Below, one piece after another: positions 29,195 to 38,224 of a DNA stretch of 58,109 bases. The notes below the pieces were generated by a model. That model was not told the DNA's origin. It worked only from the letters and a program-made list of their open reading frames with translations, and did not search any database. The stretch spans positions 25,605-83,713 of the forward strand of contig JAYOLW010000003.1 in the NCBI GenBank assembly GCA_038120515.1. The letters are read 5' to 3'. Position numbers and translations under genes: made by a program. Numbering within the stretch: position 1 is the first letter of the stretch; the number at the start of each line of letters is the position of its first letter. The stretch comes from Rickettsiales bacterium (GTDB lineage Bacteria > Pseudomonadota > Alphaproteobacteria > Rickettsiales > JABIRX01).

Positions 29195-30421
29195 TCAAGC
29201 TTTAGAAGGTTTAAAAAATTTATATAAACAAATAATTGCAAATATTCTAAAAACAATTGGCAAAACTGCATATGAAAATGCAATAAAGCCTGTAACAGTT
29301 TCAATATTATTCTCAAAATATCCTATACCATAGATAAGAACTGCAGAAGCAACTGCAAGTGACATTTTTAGAATAAAATTGGTCACACCAAAAATTGCAG
29401 ATTCATTTTGTTTTAACCCCTCTTCCCAAATAATGTCCGTTAGAATTGAATAACCTAAACATAAATCACCACCAAAGCCTATTCCTGCAAATAAACAAAT
29501 AATGGCATAAAGGATTATATCACCTTCAGATAAAAAGAAACAGCCAATGAAGATTAAAGCTGTCAAAGACATAGAAATCAAAAAAGTTTGGATTTTATTA
29601 TTTAAAATTGCTGAAATTTTGGTCCATAAAACGACTCCAATAAGTAATCCGACAAAATAAATCATTAGAAACAAACCCACCAGATCTTTACTTGCCAATA
29701 CATAATCAACAAAAAACATTATAATCACAGCTGGTATTGATGCAGCTATTGCATTAAAAAGAAATACTAAAAAGAATCGCTTTAATTTTTTCGAAACTAA
29801 AATTGGTTTTAATGACAAATTTTGTTTTGCTGTGCTTTTATTGATTGGTGCATTTCTGTAGAAAACAATAGCAAAGACTGAAATCACAACAAAATAGCAA
29901 ACACCTATTATCAAAAAACTTTCAATCTCATGATAAAATAAATTAAGTATTGTCGGGGCTAAAGATGCAACAATAATGCCAATTATAAACGCAATTTCAC
30001 GAAATGAAATGATCTTAGTTCTGATATGATAATCATCAGTTAAATTGACTGCATAAGCCTGATAATTGATATAAATTATACTGAATAAGCTATATGTTAG
30101 AATCATAAAAAACATAAGCCATGATTCAATAGATAGAAAATCAAGTGGATAAAATAATAATAAAAATGACAGACCAAGTAATGGTGCAAAATAACATATA
30201 ATTTTTTGCCTAAATTTTATAAATTTATCACTTAATACGCCAATTAATGGATCAGAAAAAGCATCAAATAACCTTGTACATAATATTATCAAAGCAATTG
30301 ACTCAAGGCTAAGAGCAAAATTATCTGCATAATATGATGGCAGATAAATATAAATAGGCAGTCCAATAAAAGCCAAACAAAAAGCTAATAACGAATAAGC
30401 AATCATTTTGGAATTATTCAT
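29195..30421 (-). CDS. MFS transporter (GPH/MFS_2-like)
   Basis: The protein is 408 aa with about 12 predicted TM helices. The RLFDAFSDPLIG motif is typical of the glycoside-pentoside-hexuronide/MFS_2 group. Confidence 0.7.
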   Translation of the reverse strand: MNNSKMIAYSLLAFCLAFIGLPIYIYLPSYYADNFALSLESIALIILCTRLFDAFSDPLIGVLSDKFIKFRQKIICYFAPLLGLSFLLLFYPLDFLSIESWLMFFMILTYSLFSIIYINYQAYAVNLTDDYHIRTKIISFREIAFIIGIIVASLAPTILNLFYHEIESFLIIGVCYFVVISVFAIVFYRNAPINKSTAKQNLSLKPILVSKKLKRFFLVFLFNAIAASIPAVIIMFFVDYVLASKDLVGLFLMIYFVGLLIGVVLWTKISAILNNKIQTFLISMSLTALIFIGCFFLSEGDIILYAIICLFAGIGFGGDLCLGYSILTDIIWEEGLKQNESAIFGVTNFILKMSLAVASAVLIYGIGYFENNIETVTGFIAFSYAVLPIVFRIFAIICLYKFFKPSKA

Positions 30422-30944
30422 CTACAAACCTAAAAAGATCCTCCTGCATTTTCGGATAGTTAGAATTGTATCTTAACCAAATATCTAAAAAATTTTTGGT
30501 AAATATCGGATCTGAAGCTATTATCCCTATTGCCTTTTTATTATAAAAAAACTTTATCATTCCGGTTTTATTATACCTTGCTTCTATAACATCATCTTTT
30601 GCAACATTTGGAAAAATTTCCACTAATTTGTTATAATATGACCTTTGCTGAGCTTGGCTCATTACCAGATATTCACTCATTGATTCAATTGAAGTTTCGG
30701 CAAGATATGAACTTTCAAAATCCATATTATATTTAATAAAAATTGAGAAATCTGATTGATAAATTTCTGAATATAAAAAACTATTTTTGTTATTTGCACA
30801 TAGATAAATATCGTAAATCTTTTTAAAGAAAAACGTTAATTTATGATGATTACAAAATTTATACTCCGACCCCAATTTATTCTCACCCAAACCATTAATG
30901 GAGAACAAAACTATACTAAGAAAAAACGCATAATGTTTAAGCAT
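30414..30944 (-). CDS. Exported chalcone-isomerase-like family protein (tentative)
   Basis: The ATG at 30942-30944 gives a signal-like MLKHYAFFLSIVLFSING. Size and cluster position match the CHI-like proteins seen in cfa/DUF1365 clusters. The sequence match itself is weak (KKIYDIYLC). Confidence 0.35.
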   Translation of the reverse strand: MLKHYAFFLSIVLFSINGLGENKLGSEYKFCNHHKLTFFFKKIYDIYLCANNKNSFLYSEIYQSDFSIFIKYNMDFESSYLAETSIESMSEYLVMSQAQQRSYYNKLVEIFPNVAKDDVIEARYNKTGMIKFFYNKKAIGIIASDPIFTKNFLDIWLRYNSNYPKMQEDLFRFVDE

Positions 30945-32088
30945 GTACCATCGAATATTGGTAAACATTAGTTCTTCTTGCTGTAAAACTCGCAGCACAA
31001 TAGGCTAAATAAAATTGCCATTTTCTAATAAAAAACTCATCATAACCAAGATTGATTATTTTTTGTTTTGCAGCATTTACTCTCTTAAGCCAAATCAATA
31101 AAGTTTTTGCATAAGAATCAGCAAAACCATATTCTTCAGCAATATCTAAACCATTTTGATGCGCATGATATTTAAAGATCTCCGGAGATGGTAAAAAGCC
31201 TCCTGGGAAAATATATTCGCGAATAAAATCTGATGTATTTTTATATTTGTCGTAAAATTCATTAGCAATAGTAATAGTTTGCACAACAGCAAACCCATCT
31301 TTTTTTAAACATTGCTTAATTTTTTTAAAATAACCATTCCAATATTTTGCCCCAACGGCTTCAAACATCTCAATAGAGACAATATTATCAAACACACCAG
31401 TTTCATTTCGATAATCTAAAATTTTAGCAACAGATTTATAATTATTAATCTTAACTAATTCGTCAGTATAAAGCTTTTGCTGATTCGATAAAGTTAGCCC
31501 CGTAACTTTGAAATCTTGTTGTTCAGCTTCATTTATAAAACCTCCCCAACCACAACCAATTTCCAAAATATTCTCACCTTTGGGATTAAGCTTAGACAAA
31601 ATCCTTTGATATTTATTTTGCTGAGCTGTTTTTAAATCTTGATTGTCATCAGAATATAAAGCTGATGAATAACTCATCGTTTCATCAAGCCATAATTTAT
31701 AGAAATCATTACCTAAATCATAATGAAATTCGATGTTCTTCTTGCTCCCTTTCAGACTATTTTTCTTAAAGAAATTCTTAATATTAAATAATAATGAATA
31801 AAAACCATTACTGTGAAAAATTGATTCAAACTCCTTTTGATTCAAGACAATAAACAAAAGTAAATCTACAATATTGGTGGTTTCAAAATAATTCTTTATA
31901 TAAGCCTCACCAAAACCAATATCACCTTTTAAAAGAACCAAATCAAACACATCATTATTGTTGATTTTAATATCTGCAATTGGTGCCTGTCCTTTTGTAC
32001 CCAATTCAATAAAACTACCATCTGAAAACTCAATATTTATATAACCATGTTTTGCTTTTTCTAATTTTTTTAAAATTAAATTTTTCAT
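30937..32088 (-). CDS. Cyclopropane-fatty-acyl-phospholipid synthase family SAM-dependent methyltransferase
   Basis: The protein is 383 aa. It has the SAM motif ILEIGCGWGG and the typical HYDLGNDFYKLWLD and YSSALY segments of the CFA synthase family. Confidence 0.85.
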   Translation of the reverse strand: MKNLILKKLEKAKHGYINIEFSDGSFIELGTKGQAPIADIKINNNDVFDLVLLKGDIGFGEAYIKNYFETTNIVDLLLFIVLNQKEFESIFHSNGFYSLLFNIKNFFKKNSLKGSKKNIEFHYDLGNDFYKLWLDETMSYSSALYSDDNQDLKTAQQNKYQRILSKLNPKGENILEIGCGWGGFINEAEQQDFKVTGLTLSNQQKLYTDELVKINNYKSVAKILDYRNETGVFDNIVSIEMFEAVGAKYWNGYFKKIKQCLKKDGFAVVQTITIANEFYDKYKNTSDFIREYIFPGGFLPSPEIFKYHAHQNGLDIAEEYGFADSYAKTLLIWLKRVNAAKQKIINLGYDEFFIRKWQFYLAYCAASFTARRTNVYQYSMVHA

Positions 32089-32855
32089 TTCACTGAAATT
32101 GTTAAGTTATTCTTAAGAACCTTAGGGCATTTGTAAAATTTTACAGATTTAAGCAAAAGTTTTACGGCTTGATAATGAATTAATATGATTGTTTTAAAAG
32201 TTGCAAATGGCATTTTTAAAAATCGTAAAATAATATTTCTATTTGAGAATTCTGATAAATTGCATTTAAGATAAGTTGAAAGTTTTAGCTTACCATCAAC
32301 ATGATAATTTATGTAAATATTTAACTGCTGATCTTGAACCTCAAAACGAAATTTATATTCGCCTTCAATTTTCATAAAAGGTGAGACATAAAATACTTTC
32401 TCGGCATCAAGCCATTCATTGGCATCAATTGGCTTTAAATCTTTTTTAAAACAGAGATAGCTATGCTTTTGACCGCAAGTGTTGTTAACCTCATTTAAAA
32501 CAGCTATTAAATTATCGTTTTTATCAAAACATAACCAAAAACTTACAGGATTAAAAACATAGCCAAAAGTTCTTGGATGCGTAACCAAAACAATATTTTC
32601 AACATTGGTAATATTATTTGATTTTAAAATATTTTCTATCCAACCAATAAAATCTTTACCATCGCCATAATCTTTTTGAAACAGACATAATAAATTAAAT
32701 TTATCGATAGAAAAAAATTTACGTTTTAAACTATCTAGAGCTTTAACCGGAAAGACAATATAAGAACTTTTATAATTAAATTTATTCTGCTTGGGCCAGA
32801 ATCTTTTATGCATGATCTGACCAACAGCAAGATATGGTTTATTTATTGTTGCCAT
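32085..32855 (-). CDS. DUF1365-family protein
   Basis: The N-terminal GQIMHKRFWPKQNKFNYKSSYIVFPV matches the DUF1365 signature (G.v.H.R..P..h.F.Y). It overlaps cfa by 4 nt. Confidence 0.7.
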   Translation of the reverse strand: MATINKPYLAVGQIMHKRFWPKQNKFNYKSSYIVFPVKALDSLKRKFFSIDKFNLLCLFQKDYGDGKDFIGWIENILKSNNITNVENIVLVTHPRTFGYVFNPVSFWLCFDKNDNLIAVLNEVNNTCGQKHSYLCFKKDLKPIDANEWLDAEKVFYVSPFMKIEGEYKFRFEVQDQQLNIYINYHVDGKLKLSTYLKCNLSEFSNRNIILRFLKMPFATFKTIILIHYQAVKLLLKSVKFYKCPKVLKNNLTISVK

Positions 32856-34105
32856 GGAATCTCAACACCAAATTTTTTCGCAATATTGATTGCTGAATTT
32901 AGACCATCCTCATGAAAACCGTATTTAGTCCAAGCCCCGCAATACCATATATTCCTAGTTCCCTGAATAGAACCTAATTGATCTTGCGCCTTTATAGCAT
33001 TATTATCAAAAACTGGATGCTCATACTCATAAACACCAAAAACATCATCTTGATGAATTTCATTGATTGGATTTAATGTAACAAATAATGGGTAATCATT
33101 ATCTATATTTTGAAGATTATTCATCCAATAGCTTAAAGATACTTTATTTTCATTTTTACTATAAAGATAAACCCAGCTTGCATATGCATTTTTATGATTA
33201 GGCATTTGCTTTAGATCTTTATGCAAAAAAGCTGTATTCTTATTATATGTTATTTGGCTTAGTATCTCTTGTTCTTCTTTAGTCTTATCTGCAAGTATTG
33301 TTAAAGTTTGATCAGGATGCGATGCAAATACTACATGATCAAATAACTCTTTATTACCGCTAGCTTCAGTGACTTCAATTTTTTCATTAAGTTTTTGTAC
33401 TGATTTTACGGCCTGATTTAACTTAATATCACCTTTCATGGTTTGTCTAATTTTTTTTACATATTCTTTAGATCCTCCTGAAACTGTATACCATTGCGGT
33501 TGATTGATAACAGTTAATAAGCCATGATTATAAAAAAATTGCAGAAAGGTTTTAGCAGGATAATTTTTAATCACTTCAATTGGACAGCTCCAAATTGCAC
33601 CTGCCATAGGAAACAAATAATAATCTTTGAAATAATCACCTAATTTTAGATCATTTATAAAATCAAATAAGGTAACATCAGCATCAACATCTTTGTTTGA
33701 TTCAATCAGTTTAATTGAATATTTATTAAATTTTAAAATATCTTTTAACATTTTATAGAATTTTAAATTTAACAAATTGCGTTTATCAGCAAATAAACCT
33801 TTAAGATTTGAACCGCTATATTCGAAATTTCGATCTAAATCCTTCATACCAAAAGACATATCACTTTTTTCGATTTCAACATTAAGCAGTTCAAAGAATG
33901 CTTTTAGATTTGGATAGGTTTGAAAATTAAAGACGATAAAACCAGTATCAACTGCAATATTTTTCCCAGCATATGTTATATCAACTGTATTGGCATGACC
34001 ACCTAAATAACTAGCTTTTTCATATAAAGTAATATCATGTGCTTTACTTAAAAGCCAGCTTGTTGCAAGTCCAGATATTCCAGAACCAATAATCGCAATT
34101 TTCAT
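32843..34105 (-). CDS. FAD-dependent oxidoreductase (amine-oxidase/desaturase-like)
   Basis: It has the N-terminal motif KIAIIGSGISGLATSWLL...YEKASYLGGHANT. The protein is 420 aa and is the first gene of the overlapping operon. Confidence 0.8.
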   Translation of the reverse strand: MKIAIIGSGISGLATSWLLSKAHDITLYEKASYLGGHANTVDITYAGKNIAVDTGFIVFNFQTYPNLKAFFELLNVEIEKSDMSFGMKDLDRNFEYSGSNLKGLFADKRNLLNLKFYKMLKDILKFNKYSIKLIESNKDVDADVTLFDFINDLKLGDYFKDYYLFPMAGAIWSCPIEVIKNYPAKTFLQFFYNHGLLTVINQPQWYTVSGGSKEYVKKIRQTMKGDIKLNQAVKSVQKLNEKIEVTEASGNKELFDHVVFASHPDQTLTILADKTKEEQEILSQITYNKNTAFLHKDLKQMPNHKNAYASWVYLYSKNENKVSLSYWMNNLQNIDNDYPLFVTLNPINEIHQDDVFGVYEYEHPVFDNNAIKAQDQLGSIQGTRNIWYCGAWTKYGFHEDGLNSAINIAKKFGVEIPWQQ

Positions 34106-34174
34106 AAAAATATAAAAAATTTGCTATGATCTTTCAGAAATTAAATTTTAATTCAATTAAATTATAACGATTTT

Positions 34175-34927
34175 CTAACTAAGAATTTTTTTACCTAAAA
34201 ACCTATAACCAATAATTAAAATTGTTAATAGGAAATAACTTAACACAATTAGAAGACCTGATGGTAGATCAAGCATAATCGAGCTTATAATACCAATAGT
34301 CACAGATATTACTCCAGACAACCAAACAATCAAAACCTTGTTTTGAGATTTAACTGCAGCGATTGCAGGAAGTATTAAACTTGCAAACACTACATAAACC
34401 CCAACAAGTTGAACTGATGAAGTTATCGCAATAGCAAAAATAAGATAAAAAGCTAAATTTTCTCTAACTATCGATTTATAAAACCAAAGAAAAATTATCG
34501 AAACATAGATAATACTATGAAAAGCTAAATCCCTATAAGTGGTAAATAAAATCTGTCCAGAAAGCAGATGACGGATTTCATCTCCACCATGTGGATGATT
34601 TGCAAGTAAAAGCATACTTAGAGAAGCGCATAAAATAAAGCTACAGCCAATAATAGCCTCCTGAACATTTTGTGAGAATCTTTCACATAAATAAAACCCA
34701 TAGGCCGCTATGATAGCAAAAATCACTGCTGATAATTGATTTACCCAAAATACTTCAGATATATATTCACGAGCAAATAACAAACCAAAACCTGCAATTT
34801 GCGCAATAGCTAAATCCATAAATATTATACCTTTACTGAGGACTCTTACCCCTAACAAACCATGAGTTAAAGCAATTAAAAGCCCTGCAATAAAAGCGGG
34901 AAATACAATTATGAATAAATCCATCAT
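34175..34927 (-). CDS. Metal (Zn/Mn-type) ABC transporter permease, ABC-3 family
   Basis: It is a 250-aa polytopic protein with a ZnuB/TroCD-like layout and sequence feel (THGLLGVRVL...MDLAIAQIA). Confidence 0.7.
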   Translation of the reverse strand: MMDLFIIVFPAFIAGLLIALTHGLLGVRVLSKGIIFMDLAIAQIAGFGLLFAREYISEVFWVNQLSAVIFAIIAAYGFYLCERFSQNVQEAIIGCSFILCASLSMLLLANHPHGGDEIRHLLSGQILFTTYRDLAFHSIIYVSIIFLWFYKSIVRENLAFYLIFAIAITSSVQLVGVYVVFASLILPAIAAVKSQNKVLIVWLSGVISVTIGIISSIMLDLPSGLLIVLSYFLLTILIIGYRFLGKKILS

Positions 34928-34932
34928 AATAT

Positions 34933-35829
34933 TTATAGATTACTAGTAAGCTGATTTAACATATTTTCATATAAAGCAAATAAATCTTTAGATTCTTCAT
35001 TACCCCCAACAGTATATGGTAAAGTTAAAATTTTAATGCCAGTTTTATTATGCAACCATTTTGCAGAATCCACTGGATCATATGGTGATAAATTAACATA
35101 GGGGATATCACTTGTTTCAGTTAACCTAATTAACTTTTCTAAATGCTTTACCGTTGGAGCTATACCAGGCCTTATTTCAAGTGTGGCAATTTGATTTAAG
35201 CCCAACCAATTATAAAAATATGTAAAAGATTTATGATATTGAATAACATTAACTCCTTTAATATTCTCAGCTTTTATCTCCCATTTTGTAATAGAGTTTT
35301 GCCATTTAATAATAAAATCATCGTAATTTGACTGATAAAAATCGCTATTTTCAGAATCAATCTTTTTAAGCTTTTCTAGCAATATTTCGGAAATTTTTAA
35401 GATATTATATGGATTAAGATGAATATGAGGATTTCCATCAGGATGAATATCTCCTAACGCTCTATCTAATATTTCTGGCTTGTCTAAAGTATCAACATAA
35501 TTTGCCGCCATTAGATTACCAATATTTCCATGTTGAATATCAAGAGATGCGTTTTGAAGTAAAATCGGAAGCCAACCAGACTCTAGATCAGCACCAGAGC
35601 AAATAAGTAAGTCTGCACGACGAATTTTTGCAAGTAAGCTAGGCTTTGCTTTAATATAATGTGGGTCTTGAAAAGCCGAAGTAGCAGAATAAGCTTTAAT
35701 CTTATCCTGACCAATTTCTTCTGCTAGAGATTTCCACTCAGGTTCACAAGCAAAGACGTTAATCTTTGCCTGTGAATTTGCAGTTAAAAACAAAACACAG
35801 CTAAAAATTAAAAAATAAATTTTAACCAT
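34933..35829 (-). CDS. Metal ABC transporter substrate-binding protein (ZnuA/TroA family)
   Basis: It has a signal peptide. The metal-ligand segments QDPHYIKAKPS and HPDGNPHIHLNP are present. Confidence 0.75.
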   Translation of the reverse strand: MVKIYFLIFSCVLFLTANSQAKINVFACEPEWKSLAEEIGQDKIKAYSATSAFQDPHYIKAKPSLLAKIRRADLLICSGADLESGWLPILLQNASLDIQHGNIGNLMAANYVDTLDKPEILDRALGDIHPDGNPHIHLNPYNILKISEILLEKLKKIDSENSDFYQSNYDDFIIKWQNSITKWEIKAENIKGVNVIQYHKSFTYFYNWLGLNQIATLEIRPGIAPTVKHLEKLIRLTETSDIPYVNLSPYDPVDSAKWLHNKTGIKILTLPYTVGGNEESKDLFALYENMLNQLTSNL

Positions 35830-35841
35830 GATTCAATAAAA

Positions 35842-37140
35842 CTAATATTTATGCGCCGTATGAGCACCAAAGCTTACAATATATTGTAGAATAAATTGAT
35901 TATCATCAGCACCATCTGACAATTCATCTAAATTATATTGAAACCTAACTCTACTGAACTCACTATTAGTCCAGTCAACCATTGCAGAATGACTTACAGG
36001 ATCAAAACCATTAGCATTTAGATTTGTTGAATTAAGAGAAACAGGAGTAGTAGCTGCAGATAACTCACTATATCTAAAACCAACACGCCATTTTGGTTTA
36101 AATTTATAAACTAATTGCGCATACCAACCATATGAATCATTATCAACCGCACCAGAAGTTCCACCAATATCATAGGTTCCGTCTTCTTCACGTTTAAAAT
36201 ATTCTGCTTGGAAGGTTAATTCTTGGTTCTTAGCATTTTGAGTTGGTGCTAGGCTATATTTCAAATCAATTGCATATAAGTCAGATTCACCCACAAATGT
36301 ATCAGCACCCTCTTCAGTTTCTCTAGATACAGCAGATCCTTTTAATGCATATGCACCAATACGCCAATCTTGATTATTACCAATATCAGATCCGAGTCTA
36401 TAATAAACCGAGTAATTACTATTACCATCACCATCACCAAATGGGAAATCATAACCTCTAAATAAACCACCACCTACTTCCTGGTAAAGATCAGTTGCAA
36501 GAACATATGACAGTTGAACTCCATCATCATTATAACCCTTATTTAGGAAAGCTCTATAAGGAAGCGGACGATCAGCAAAATCATCACTATGAGCGTGATG
36601 TTCATTTAAGTAACCAAATTTCCAAAATGCTCTACCAGCTTTAAAACTCATACCTATAGGCAGACCTAAGCCAGGGTTAGAAAGTATAAAGGCTTCTTCA
36701 AGTTCAACTACATCAGAACCTTCTTCAGTAACAACAGCAAGTGTTGCACTTCCATAGAATTTATCATCAATATTAGATGAAAAGTTTAGTTCAGATTCAT
36801 TGATTTTAAAACCCTCTTCGCCTCTTTCACCTTCTTCACCAATTGCAAAACCAACAAGCTCTGACTCAGCCTCTGAATAAGTTGCATATTGACCATTTAA
36901 AACAACACCAATTGACGGATTAAGCTTGTTATCATAAATTGTTCTTTTTGCCTGATCTTCAAATTGATAGATAGTTGACTTATTGTCTTCTAGCTCTGAA
37001 ATTCTTTGTTCATAAAGTTTTTTTATTGAATTCAGCTCATTTTCTAAATTTTGAATTCTTTTATTAGTATTTGCAGATGCAACATTAGATATTAAGCATA
37101 AACTAAGTGCCGCATATGACACATGTGATAATTTTTTCAT
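35842..37140 (-). CDS. Outer-membrane beta-barrel porin-like protein with N-terminal coiled coil
   Basis: It has a signal peptide (...NVASA) followed by heptad-like NKRIQNLENELNSIKKLYEQRISELEDN. After that comes an alternating beta-strand pattern ending in an aromatic residue (..HKY). The architecture resembles DcaP-type porins. Confidence 0.55.
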   Translation of the reverse strand: MKKLSHVSYAALSLCLISNVASANTNKRIQNLENELNSIKKLYEQRISELEDNKSTIYQFEDQAKRTIYDNKLNPSIGVVLNGQYATYSEAESELVGFAIGEEGERGEEGFKINESELNFSSNIDDKFYGSATLAVVTEEGSDVVELEEAFILSNPGLGLPIGMSFKAGRAFWKFGYLNEHHAHSDDFADRPLPYRAFLNKGYNDDGVQLSYVLATDLYQEVGGGLFRGYDFPFGDGDGNSNYSVYYRLGSDIGNNQDWRIGAYALKGSAVSRETEEGADTFVGESDLYAIDLKYSLAPTQNAKNQELTFQAEYFKREEDGTYDIGGTSGAVDNDSYGWYAQLVYKFKPKWRVGFRYSELSAATTPVSLNSTNLNANGFDPVSHSAMVDWTNSEFSRVRFQYNLDELSDGADDNQFILQYIVSFGAHTAHKY

Positions 37141-37197
37141 TTTAAATAAATTTTTACGTTAATTTGTTAAACCAAGAATGGTTTTTATATTTTGGTT

Positions 37198-37491
37198 TTA
37201 ACAAAAAACAGGTGGTGCCCTTACTGAGAAAGCATTAAATTTATTTGAACTATAGAAAACTATTGGCTGATTTGTATTTTCAAATGATTTAAATGACTTG
37301 AAAATAAGTTCATAATTAAAATCACCATCATGATTTAGCTTAGCAGAATAAAGGCAAACCTCACAATCTTGAACTAATTTAGATTTATGATCATGAAAAT
37401 CAGAATCAAATTCAAAATTGTGAGCAAATATTGCTAATTGCCCAATTAAAACTGCAAGAGTTAGAATGTTAAGAAGAAATTTTTTAAGCAT
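37198..37491 (-). CDS. Small membrane-anchored/exported His/Cys-rich protein
   Basis: The protein is 97 aa with an N-terminal hydrophobic helix. It has HNFEFDSDFHDH...CEVC and a C-terminal RAPP-like tail. It is reminiscent of DUF2946-type proteins found next to metal-uptake outer-membrane genes, but that link rests on memory and is weak. Confidence 0.4.
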   Translation of the reverse strand: MLKKFLLNILTLAVLIGQLAIFAHNFEFDSDFHDHKSKLVQDCEVCLYSAKLNHDGDFNYELIFKSFKSFENTNQPIVFYSSNKFNAFSVRAPPVFC

Positions 37492-37544
37492 CCATTCAAA
37501 AGAATCACACTTAAAATAATGTCTAAATTTCTTATAGTCAAATT

Positions 37545-37576
37545 TACTAATTTTACTTTTTACTAATTTTACTTTT
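37545..37576. repeat. Perfect 2 x 16-bp tandem repeat (tactaattttactttt)
   Basis: The two copies are 37545-37560 and 37561-37576. They are flanked by atagtc at ~37535 and ~37581. The repeat lies in the divergent intergenic region between the 37491 (-) and 37657 (+) genes. Confidence 0.9.
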
Positions 37577-37656
37577 TAACATAGTCTATTTTCAAAAAAT
37601 TTAACTTGAATTTAGATTTTTATAAAAGAAATTTAGATAAAAACTTTAAGAATAAT

Positions 37657-38121
37657 ATGCTGACATACATACTTTATGAAACGTTAACTTGGGTGATATC
37701 AATCGGAATTTCAATTTTATTAATTTCATTTCATATAATTTCACTTAGGAAAATTCATTTTGATGTAATAAACAACCCTGACAAAAAAGTTCATTTTCAT
37801 ATAATAAAAACTATAACCTTTTTAATATTAGTTCATACAATCGAAATCATTGCTTATGGATTTTTATTTTATCTTACATGCGATGTTTTTAGTTTAGGGC
37901 AAGTAATTGGCTCAGAATCATTATTCGATTATTTTCATTTTTCAGCTGCAAGCTATACATCACTAGGATTTGGTGATTTGATACCAGTAGGAACGGCAAG
38001 AGTATTAGCTGGTCTTGAAGCACTTGTAGGTCTTACCATGATTGGATGGACAGTAACATTTACCTACCCATATATTAGAGTTCAGAAAAATCAATCTAAG
38101 GATGCCGTAACATTTTTCTAA
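37657..38121 (+). CDS. Two-TM potassium-channel-family protein
   Basis: It has the selectivity-filter-like TSLGFGD between hydrophobic helices. I prefer the ATG at 37657 over the TTG at 37606. Confidence 0.65.
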   Translation: MLTYILYETLTWVISIGISILLISFHIISLRKIHFDVINNPDKKVHFHIIKTITFLILVHTIEIIAYGFLFYLTCDVFSLGQVIGSESLFDYFHFSAASYTSLGFGDLIPVGTARVLAGLEALVGLTMIGWTVTFTYPYIRVQKNQSKDAVTFF

Positions 38122-38224
38122 AATATGTTAATTTATTATTAGTTTTAGATTGCTTAATCAACTTATGCAATATAACAAAATATCAATGTAGAGATATTGA
38201 AAACCATTAAATAATTAATTTAAA

